From an uncultured Actinomycetes bacterium (GTDB taxonomy: Bacteria; Actinomycetota; Thermoleophilia; Solirubrobacterales; 70-9), in NCBI GenBank assembly GCA_963716545.1, contig OY970316.1, forward strand, positions 1,823,225 to 1,887,224: a stretch of DNA of 64,000 nucleotides. Direction: 5' to 3'. The translations under genes and the position numbers were made by a program. Positions 56,565-64,000 of the stretch are shown here, in pieces. How positions within the stretch are numbered: position 1 is the first letter of the stretch; the number at the start of each line of letters is the position of its first letter. The notes under the pieces are model-generated. The model did no database searches and was not told the DNA's origin. It worked only from the letters and a program-made list of their open reading frames with translations.

Positions 56565-56835
56565 CTTGCGTCTCGCTTCTGCTCTGAGGGGTCGAATTTG
56601 GCTTTACAGAGCGTTTACGTGGCCTTTACTTTACTTTTAGCCTCTTACTTACGGTCTGTAAGTTATACCGATATTTGGTGCCTGGTGCAAGCTCGCCGGG
56701 TAGAGCCCCCGGCCGCCTTGCGGCATGCTTCCCCAGGCGGGGCCTGTACCCGATATACGCCGGCTCGCACCCGCCCGGTTCATTCGCCTATCGTTGCCCT
56801 CTTCTCGCGACCAGATCAGGAAGGCAGATCGAGGC

Positions 56836-58189
56836 ATGGCAGACGAATCCCGCAGCGCCGCCGACGTCATCAAGCTCGTCCAGGACTCGGACGTCCGCTT
56901 CATCCGCCTCTGGTTCACCGACGTGCTCGGCCAGCTGAAGAGCTTCTCGGTCAACGCCTCCGAGCTCGAGGACGCCTTCGAAGGCGGGATGGGATTCGAC
57001 GGCTCCTCAATCACCGGCTTCAACCCGATCGAGGAGTCCGACATGCTGGCGGTGCCGGACCCTTCGACCTTCGCGCTGCTGCCCTGGCGCCCGGGTGAGG
57101 ACGGACCGCGTCGCGCGGATGTTCTGCGACATCCGCGTCCCCGGCGGCGGCCCGTATGAGGGCGACCCGCGCTGGATCATGCGGCGGGCGCTGAAACGGG
57201 CCGAAGAGCTCGGCTTCGACGCCTACAACATCGGCCCCGAGCTGGAGTTCTTCTACTTCCGCTCGGCGAAGCCGGCCGCCGGTGTCCCCGAGCCGCTCGA
57301 CGAGGGCGGCTACTTCGACCTGACCACGCTCGACGCCGGTTCCGACCTGCGCCGGGAGACGGTGCTGGCGCTGGAGAAGATGGGGATCCACGTCGAGTAC
57401 ACCCACCACGAGGTCGGCCCCTCCCAGCACGAGGTCGACATGCGCTACAAGAACGCGCTCGAAATGGCCGACGACTGCATGACCTACCGGATCGTGGTCA
57501 AGGAGTACGCGATGAAGTACGGCTACCACGCGACCTTCATGCCGAAGCCGCTGTTCGGCGAGAACGGCTCCGGGATGCACGTCCACCAGTCGCTCTCCAA
57601 GGACGGCCGCAACGCCTTCTATGACGAGGACGATCCCTACTTCCTCTCGCCGGTGGCGAAGTCGTTCATCGCCGGCCAGCTCAAGCACGCGCGGGAGATC
57701 TCGCCGCTCTTCGCCCAGTGGGTCAACTCCTACAAGCGGCTGGTGCCGGGCTACGAGGCGCCGGTCTACCTCGCCTGGTCGCGCCGCAACCGCTCGGCGC
57801 TGATCCGGGTGCCGCTCTACCACCCCGGCAAGGAGGCGGCGACCCGGGCCGAGCTGCGCTGCCCCGACCCGGCCGCCAACCCATATCTCTGCTTCGCCGG
57901 GATGCTCCAGGCGGGGCTGGAAGGGGTCGAGAAGGGCTACGAGCTGCCCGAGCCGATGGAGCAGAACCTCTACCACCTCTCGCAGGAGGAGCTGGCCCAT
58001 CAGGGGATCGAGCAGCTGCCGGCGACGCTGGGCGAGGCGATCGAGGTCGCCGCCGACTCGGAGCTGGTGCTGCGGACCCTGGGCGAGCACACCTTCCGCC
58101 GCTTCGTCGAGATCAAGCGGCAGGAATGGGACGAGTACCGGGTCCAGGTGACCCCGTACGAGATCGAAAACTTCCTGCCGATCCTGTGA
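56836..58189 (+). pseudogene. glnA: type I glutamine synthetase, reading frame broken by a +1 shift near 57100-57112
   Basis: The N-terminal 90 aa (MADESRSAADVIKLVQDSDVRFIRLWFTDVLGQLK...LLPWRPGEDG) are in frame 1. The remainder (RVARMFCDIRVPGGGPYEGDPR...GSGMHVHQSL...NRSALIR...) is in frame 2. Total length 1354 nt is not a multiple of 3. Confidence 0.85.
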
Positions 58190-58220
58190 GCGGCGGGCCG
58201 GCGCCGGGTAGGGCCGGCTG

Positions 58221-58955
58221 ATGGCGACGCTGCACGTCCTCCGTGTCTTCTGCGACGAGGCGGGCGAGTTCGGCAATCCGCTCGGCGTCTTCCTCGACGG
58301 CGCCGAGGTGCCCGAGGCGCGGCGGCAGGCGGTCGCCCACGAGCTCGGTTTCTCAGAGACGGTCTTCGTCGACAACCGCGAGCGGGCGGAGATCCGGATC
58401 TTCACCCCGGGTCTGGAGCTGCCCTTCGCCGGCCACCCGACCGTCGGCACCGCCTGGCTGCTGGCGCGCGAGGGCGAGCCGACGACGACGCTGCGCCCGC
58501 CGGCCGGCGAGATCGCGGTGCGATGGGACCCGCCGCGGGGCTCGGGCGACGCCGGCGGCGGGGAGGATGCGGCGGCCGTCGGCGAGGCGCTCACCTTCGT
58601 CAGTGCTCGCGCCGATTGGTCGCCGCCCTGGAACCTCGTCCGGCTCGACGACCCGGCCGCGGTGGCGGCGATGACGGAACCGCCCGAGGGCCGCAGCGAC
58701 GAGGTCTACGTCTGGGCCTGGATCGACGAGGCGGCCGGCCGAGTCCGCTCGCGCTGCTGGTCGCTGGCCGACGGGGTCGGGGAGGACGAGGCGACGGGGT
58801 CGGCGGCGATCATGCTCGCCGTCCAGGAGGACCGCGAGCTGGCGATCGAGCAGGGCGAGGGTTCCCGTCTTCGCGCCCGCCCGCTCGGCGACGGCTGGGC
58901 CGAGGTCGGCGGCCGCGTCGTCCTCGACGAGGTCCGCGAGTTCGACCTCAGCTGA
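58221..58955 (+). CDS. PhzF family isomerase-like protein
   Basis: VFCDEAGEFGNPLGVFLDG, GFSETVFV, RIFTPGLELPFAGHPTVGTAWLL. Confidence 0.8.
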   Translation: MATLHVLRVFCDEAGEFGNPLGVFLDGAEVPEARRQAVAHELGFSETVFVDNRERAEIRIFTPGLELPFAGHPTVGTAWLLAREGEPTTTLRPPAGEIAVRWDPPRGSGDAGGGEDAAAVGEALTFVSARADWSPPWNLVRLDDPAAVAAMTEPPEGRSDEVYVWAWIDEAAGRVRSRCWSLADGVGEDEATGSAAIMLAVQEDRELAIEQGEGSRLRARPLGDGWAEVGGRVVLDEVREFDLS

Positions 58956-58981
58956 GAGCCGGTCGGGCGCGCGCTCGACGC

Positions 58982-59007
58982 ATCGCACCCCCTATCAGGG
59001 GTGCGAT
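58982..59007. terminator. hairpin between convergent genes
   Basis: atcgcacccc-ctatca-ggggtgcgat: 10-bp stem. Confidence 0.5.
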
Positions 59008-59019
59008 CGAACAAACGCG

Positions 59020-61116
59020 TTACTCGGCGAGCTGGCTGCGGAGCTCGGCCGGGTCAGCCACCGGGAGGCGGCAGGCGAAGTCCTCACAGACATAGGCGGC
59101 GGCGCGTCCGTCGAGCGTGGTGCGGCCGGCGAGGAGCGGCGGCCGCTCGCTGCCCTCGGGGCCGGCGGCGAGGACGAGGTGCGGTCGGTGTTCGGCGCGA
59201 ATCGCCGCCGCGAGCGGACCGACCGAGGCGTCACTGTCTCCCGCGCCCGTCAGCTCGCCGATCAGCGCCACCTCGCGGACCCGAGCCAGGTTGAAGTCGA
59301 TCGCCCTGAGCATGTGGGCGAAGGAGTCGGGGTGCTCGAGGGCAGGCGCCGAGAAGAGAGCGAGAACGCCTTCGGCCGCCGTCGCGTAACGGCGCTCCCC
59401 GGTCAGCGCCGCGAGGCGGAGCAGGCCGAGTGCCGCGGCGCTGTTGCCGGAGGGGATCGGGTGGTCGCCGACCTCCTTGCGGCGAACGATCAGCTCCTCG
59501 TGGTCGGCTGAGGTGGAGAAGAAGCCGCCGCGCTCGGGATCGCCGAAGCGCTCGATCATGGTGTCCGCGAGGTCGCGGGCGGTCTCGAACCAGCGCACTT
59601 CGAAGTCCGCTTCGTAGAGGGTCAGCAGCGCTTCCAGCAGGAAGGCGTGGTCCTCGAGGTAGGCGTTGAGGTGGGCGCGGCCGTCCTTGTAGGTGCGAAG
59701 CAGGTGGCCCTGCTCGTCGCGCATCGTCCCCAGCACGAACTCGGCGCACTCCCGGGCGGCGTCGAGGTAGTCGGCGCGGCCGAGGACGGCGCCGGCCTCG
59801 GCCAGGGCGGAGATCGCCAGCGCGTTCCAGGCGGCGAGGCGCTTGTCGTCGAGGCCGGGACGGACCCGCTCGGCGCGCGCGACGAGCAGGCGGGCGCGGG
59901 CGGCGTCGAGGCCGGGCGGCTCCGGCGCCGCGGCGCCCCCGGCCCGGTGGAGGACGTTGGCGCCCTCGAAGTTGCCGCGCTCGCTGATCCCATAGAACGC
60001 GATCACCTCGTCGGCGGCCGCGGCACCGTCATCGGCGCCGGCGTCGTGGCCGGGAGTCGGTTCCGAGCCGTTGCCGGCATGGGAGGTGGAGCCATTGCCG
60101 TTGGGCCCATCCGCCTCGCCCAGCGCTTCGCGAACCTGCTCCACGGTCCAGACGTAGAACTTGCCCTCGACCCCCTCCGAGTCGGCGTCGAGCGCCGAGT
60201 AGAAACCGCCCTCGGGGCCACGCATCTCACGCAGCATCCAGTCGAGGGTCTCCTCGCAGGCGCGTCGCCAGCGCTCGTGTCCGAGCGCCTGGAAGCCGTG
60301 CAGGTAGGCGCTCGCCAGCAGGGCGTTGTCGTAGAGCATCTTCTCGAAGTGGGGAACCAGCCAGACGCGGTCGACCGCGTAGCGGGCGAAGCCACCACCG
60401 AGCTGGTCGTTGATGCCGCCGGCGAGCATCGCGTCGAGGGTCTCGGTGAAGACCGCGGTCTCGCCGCGGGCCAGCAGCAGCTCCAGGGCAGATGCGGGCG
60501 GGAACTTGGGGGCGCTGCCGAAGCCGCCGTAACGGCGGTCGGCCCGCTCCAGCAGCCTCGCCACCGTCGCCTCCAGCGCGGCGGGTTCGGGACGCCCAGC
60601 GCTCGGCTCAAGCGCGCCCAGCGCCCCCAGTCGCTCGCGCACCAGACCCGCCCGTTCGCGGATTTCCTCGCGCTGGTCTCGCCAGGCTTGAAGAACGGCT
60701 TCCATCACCATCCGGAAGCTCGGCATGCCGCGGCCCTCGTCCGGCGGGAAGTAGGTGCCGCCGTAGAAGGGGACGCCGTCGGGGTCGAGGAAGACGGTCA
60801 TCGGCCAGCCGCCCTGGCCGGTCATCGACTGCACCGCCTCCATGTAGATCGCGTCGACGTCGGGCCGCTCCTCGCGGTCGACCTTGACCGGGACGAAGTG
60901 CTCGTTCATATAGGCGGCGGTCGCCTCGTCCTCGAAGGACTCGCGCTCCATCACGTGGCACCAGTGGCAGGCCGAGTAGCCGACCGAAAGCAGAATCGGC
61001 CGGTCCTCCTCGCGCGCCCGCGCCAGCGCCTCCTCGCCCCAGGGGTACCAGTCGACCGGGTTGTCGCGGTGCTGCAGCAGGTAGGGCGAGGTCTCCAGGG
61101 CGAGGCGGTTGGCCAT
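59020..61116 (-). CDS. thioredoxin-domain protein of the DUF255/YyaL family (N-terminal Trx-like plus six-hairpin glycosidase-like domain)
   Basis: [63 protein letters not shown]. Confidence 0.9.
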   Translation of the reverse strand: MANRLALETSPYLLQHRDNPVDWYPWGEEALARAREEDRPILLSVGYSACHWCHVMERESFEDEATAAYMNEHFVPVKVDREERPDVDAIYMEAVQSMTGQGGWPMTVFLDPDGVPFYGGTYFPPDEGRGMPSFRMVMEAVLQAWRDQREEIRERAGLVRERLGALGALEPSAGRPEPAALEATVARLLERADRRYGGFGSAPKFPPASALELLLARGETAVFTETLDAMLAGGINDQLGGGFARYAVDRVWLVPHFEKMLYDNALLASAYLHGFQALGHERWRRACEETLDWMLREMRGPEGGFYSALDADSEGVEGKFYVWTVEQVREALGEADGPNGNGSTSHAGNGSEPTPGHDAGADDGAAAADEVIAFYGISERGNFEGANVLHRAGGAAAPEPPGLDAARARLLVARAERVRPGLDDKRLAAWNALAISALAEAGAVLGRADYLDAARECAEFVLGTMRDEQGHLLRTYKDGRAHLNAYLEDHAFLLEALLTLYEADFEVRWFETARDLADTMIERFGDPERGGFFSTSADHEELIVRRKEVGDHPIPSGNSAAALGLLRLAALTGERRYATAAEGVLALFSAPALEHPDSFAHMLRAIDFNLARVREVALIGELTGAGDSDASVGPLAAAIRAEHRPHLVLAAGPEGSERPPLLAGRTTLDGRAAAYVCEDFACRLPVADPAELRSQLAE

Positions 61117-61205
61117 GGCTCCAACCTACCCGCGTCTCAGCCTGGCGGACCCACTCCGGGCACCGTCACAATTTTGGGAAGGGATCGTCGCCTATTTTCG
61201 AGTCT

Positions 61206-62675
61206 ATGAGCGGATTTGCGGCGGGAGCCGCAACTTCGGCGCCCGGCGGCGTCTACCGTCATAGTCCGATGCCCATCGTCGACAAGACCGACAAGCGCGA
61301 CCCCGCCCTGAGCGAGGTGCTGGAGCGGCTCGAGCCCGAGGACCGGGCAGTGGTCGAGGGCGCCCTCTCGCGGGCCGAGAAGACCGAGGCCGAGCTGCGA
61401 CACCTAGCGGACCACGACTCGCTCACCGGCCTGCTCAACCGCCGCAGCTTCCGCCGCGAGCTCGACTCCTACGCTTCCTTCACCGCCCGCTACGGCGGCC
61501 AGGGGGCGGTGATGGCGATCGACATCGACGGCCTCAAGCAGATCAACGATCGCTTCGGTCACCAGCCCGGAGACAACCTGATTCGGCGCATCGCGCTGGT
61601 CCTGCGCGAACGGGTGCGCGGCACCGACCTCGTCGCCCGCCTCTCCGGCGACGAGTTCGCGGTCCTGATGCCGCAAACCGACGTCGACGGCGCGCTGCAG
61701 CTCGGCGAGGACCTGCGCGCCCAGGTCGCCGAGGGCTTCGCCAGCGACCCGGAACTGAGCCCGGCGACGATCAGCGTCGGGATCACGATGTTCGGCGGCA
61801 AGCGCGGCACCTCGGCGGAGGCGGTCCTGGTCGCCGCCGACCAGGCGATGTACCGGGCGAAGGCGGAAGGACGCAACCGGATCGCCCTCTTCAGCGGACC
61901 CGACGAGGCCTACGAGGGCGAGCGCAGGCAGACGACCAGCGCCCGCATCCGCGACGCCCTCACCCAGGACCGCCTGCGGCTGGCGACGCAGCCGATCCTC
62001 GACCTCGCCTCGGGCGGCATCGCCCGCTACGAGCTGCTGCTGCGGATGTGCGGCGAAGACGGCGAGCTGCTGCCGGCAGCTTCGTTCATCGACGTCGCCG
62101 AGCGCTCGGGGATGATCCAGGAGCTCGATCGCTGGGTGGTCGGTCGGGCGCTCGAGATGCTGGCCGATCGCGAACGTTCCGGCGACCCGATCCGCCTTCA
62201 CGTCAACCTCTCCGGCTCCTCGCTCAACGACGTCTCGGTGCTCGAGTTCATCGAACGGCGGCTCGACGAGGGCGGGGCCGACCCGACCCACTGCACCTTC
62301 GAGATCACCCAGACCCAGCGGGTCGACGATTACGACCGCGCCGCCGGCTTCGCCGACCGCCTCACCGAGTTCGGCTGCGAAGTCGCGATCGACGACTACG
62401 GCACCGGCTTCGGACCCTTCGAGTCGCTGAAGCGCTTCCCCTTCGACGTGATCAAGATCGACGGCGCCTTCGTCCGCGACATGCCGCGTAACGACGCCGA
62501 CCAGCTGACCGTGCAGGCGATCGTCAAGATCGCCCAGGGCCTCGGCAAGCGGACGATCGCCGAGTTCGTCGAGGACGACGAGACCGCCCGCTTGCTGCGC
62601 GAGTACGGCGTCGACATGGGCCAGGGCTACCACTTCGGAGCGCCGGTCGACGCCGCCCTGGAGTTCGCGGCTTAG
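61206..62675 (+). CDS. GGDEF/EAL two-domain c-di-GMP turnover protein
   Basis: DSLTGLLNRR, I-site RGTD five residues before SGDEF. EAL domain with ELL (YELLLRM), DDYGTGFG, KIDG, EFVE, QGY. Start codon uncertain. Confidence 0.9.
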   Translation: MSGFAAGAATSAPGGVYRHSPMPIVDKTDKRDPALSEVLERLEPEDRAVVEGALSRAEKTEAELRHLADHDSLTGLLNRRSFRRELDSYASFTARYGGQGAVMAIDIDGLKQINDRFGHQPGDNLIRRIALVLRERVRGTDLVARLSGDEFAVLMPQTDVDGALQLGEDLRAQVAEGFASDPELSPATISVGITMFGGKRGTSAEAVLVAADQAMYRAKAEGRNRIALFSGPDEAYEGERRQTTSARIRDALTQDRLRLATQPILDLASGGIARYELLLRMCGEDGELLPAASFIDVAERSGMIQELDRWVVGRALEMLADRERSGDPIRLHVNLSGSSLNDVSVLEFIERRLDEGGADPTHCTFEITQTQRVDDYDRAAGFADRLTEFGCEVAIDDYGTGFGPFESLKRFPFDVIKIDGAFVRDMPRNDADQLTVQAIVKIAQGLGKRTIAEFVEDDETARLLREYGVDMGQGYHFGAPVDAALEFAA

Positions 62676-62689
62676 CTCGCCGCGAGTGC

Positions 62690-64000
62690 TCAGCCGCGCA
62701 GCTGAGCGCGCTTGATCTTGCCGCTGGTCGTCTTCGGCAGCTCGGTCGCGAACTCGACGATGCGAGGGAACTTGTAGGGGGCGGTGGTCGCTTTGCAGTG
62801 CTCCTGTAGCTCGCGCACGAGGTCCTCGCCGGGCTCGCGGTCGCGGGGGACGACGATCGCGCGGACGACGGCGCCGCGCTCGGGGTCCGGGGCGGCGACG
62901 GCGGCGGCTTCGGCGACGGCGGGGTGGGAGAGCAGGGCGGCCTCGACCTCGGTCGGCCCGATCCGGTAGCCGGAGGAGATGATGATGTCGTCGCCGCGGC
63001 CCTCGAAGAAGAGGTAGCCGTCCTCGTCCTCGCGGACCAGGTCGCCGGTCGGCCACCACTCGCCGGCGAAGCGCTCGCCGTCGAGGTAGTGGGAGAAGAA
63101 GGTGGGGGAGGAGGTGTGAAGCTGCAGCTCGCCCGCCTCGATTCGCACCGTCATCCCGGGCAGCACCTTGCCCATCGAGCCGAGTCGCACCGGCTCGCCG
63201 ACCAGGTTGCCGGTGACCTGGCCGGTCTCGGTCTGGCCGTAGCCGTCGGCCGGCTGGAGGCCCGTCGCGGCGGAGAAGGCGGCGATCGTCTCCGGGTCGA
63301 GCGGCTCGCCGGCGGAAACCATCCGCCGCAGCTTCGGCAGCTTGCGCAGCTTCGCCCGGCGGGCCAGCATCCGGTACTCGGTCGGCGCTTGGCAGAGCAC
63401 GTTCACCCCCAGCAGCTCGGCGAATTCGAGCCGCTCCTCGGGGTCGAAGCGGCCTTCGTGGAGAACCGCCGCGGCGCCGGTCAGCCAGGGGGCGAGGAAG
63501 ACGTTGCGGGCCGACTTCGACCAGCCGGTGGCGGTGGTGCACCAGGCGAGCTCGCCGGGGCGGGAACCGAACCAGTGAGTTGCCTGGATCTCCTGGCCGA
63601 AGAGGTAGCGGTAGGGGTGCACGGCGCCGCGCGGCTCGCCGGTGGTGCCGGAGGTGAAGACGATCAGCGCCGGGTCCTCGGGCGCCATCGCCGCTACCGC
63701 GGCCGGCGTCTCCTGCGGCAGGTCCTCGTCCAGGGCCCGCCCGACCTCCTCCAGGTCCATGGTGGGGACGCCGTCGGGCAGCATCACGAGTAGCTCCGGG
63801 TCGCCGACGCAGAGCTTCGGGAGGGCAGCCTCGACCCGCAGCGCCAGGTCCGCCTCGCGGAGCATCGTCGAGCAGGGCAGGGCCACCGCGCCCATCCGCC
63901 AGCAGGCGAGCAGGCTCAGCACCCACTCGATCCGGTTGCCGACCAGGGTCATCACCACGTCCCCGCGTTCGACTCCGCGCGCCGCGAACGCCCCCGAGAG
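62690..64000 (-). CDS. AMP-forming acyl-CoA synthetase/ligase (5' end beyond window)
   Basis: FTSGTTGEPRG (AMP-binding motif), YGQTETG, GDLVREDEDGYLFFEGRGDDII, LPKTTSGKIKR. The reading frame continues upstream of the track Met to the window end (…LSGAFAARGVERGDVVMTL). Confidence 0.85.
   Translation of the reverse strand, partial: LSGAFAARGVERGDVVMTLVGNRIEWVLSLLACWRMGAVALPCSTMLREADLALRVEAALPKLCVGDPELLVMLPDGVPTMDLEEVGRALDEDLPQETPAAVAAMAPEDPALIVFTSGTTGEPRGAVHPYRYLFGQEIQATHWFGSRPGELAWCTTATGWSKSARNVFLAPWLTGAAAVLHEGRFDPEERLEFAELLGVNVLCQAPTEYRMLARRAKLRKLPKLRRMVSAGEPLDPETIAAFSAATGLQPADGYGQTETGQVTGNLVGEPVRLGSMGKVLPGMTVRIEAGELQLHTSSPTFFSHYLDGERFAGEWWPTGDLVREDEDGYLFFEGRGDDIIISSGYRIGPTEVEAALLSHPAVAEAAAVAAPDPERGAVVRAIVVPRDREPGEDLVRELQEHCKATTAPYKFPRIVEFATELPKTTSGKIKRAQLRG

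Noticed and set aside
57095-57115. Programmed +1 ribosomal frameshifting in glnA.
   Set aside because: There is no slippery sequence, rare or stop codon context, or stimulatory SD-like element at the junction. A simple indel (real or artefactual) in a cgcg-rich stretch is more parsimonious.

Overview
This is a very GC-rich bacterial chromosomal window (by eye about 70% G+C; not computed). Gene content and order look like a high-GC Gram-positive, Actinomycetota-like organism; that lineage call is inference only.

Most of the window is housekeeping:
- uvrC-rapZ, and a gap-pgk-tpiA-gpmI glycolytic operon
- tgt, argS, secG
- lexA with a Cheo-type SOS box
- RNase P RNA
- glnA, which is apparently frameshifted
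- tRNA-Gly(CCC) and tRNA-Leu(GAG)
- scattered System I cytochrome c maturation genes (ccmH, a ccmG-like gene, ccmE, ccmF)
- an alkB-rubredoxin-TetR module
- a ydaO-class (c-di-AMP) riboswitch in front of an RlpA-like gene

Many long ORFs in the supplied track are antisense or off-frame shadows typical of GC-rich DNA. Several track ORFs are chimeras whose true starts lie internally.

The standout locus is 33.4-44.0 kb. Three tandem, co-directional paralogous genes each encode a 940-995 aa secreted protein. Each protein is built from four internal modules with a strictly repeated cysteine pattern and ends in a lysine-rich tail. The genes are preceded by a divergent winged-helix regulator and followed by a GT2 glycosyltransferase. 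I do not recognise the family, and I propose it as an uncharacterised cell-envelope or surface system.

Other points worth a second look:
- a lower-GC segment next to tRNA-Gly, with a duplicated tRNA T-arm
- two unusually long perfect inverted repeats (24 and 27 bp stems) at convergent gene junctions
- a roughly 200-nt highly structured element just upstream of rnpB
- a Cys-type (CPSKF) variant CcmE
- a homopolymer-associated frameshift in the tail of the middle paralog
- a +1 frame break in glnA

I saw no CRISPR array, transposase or integrase.
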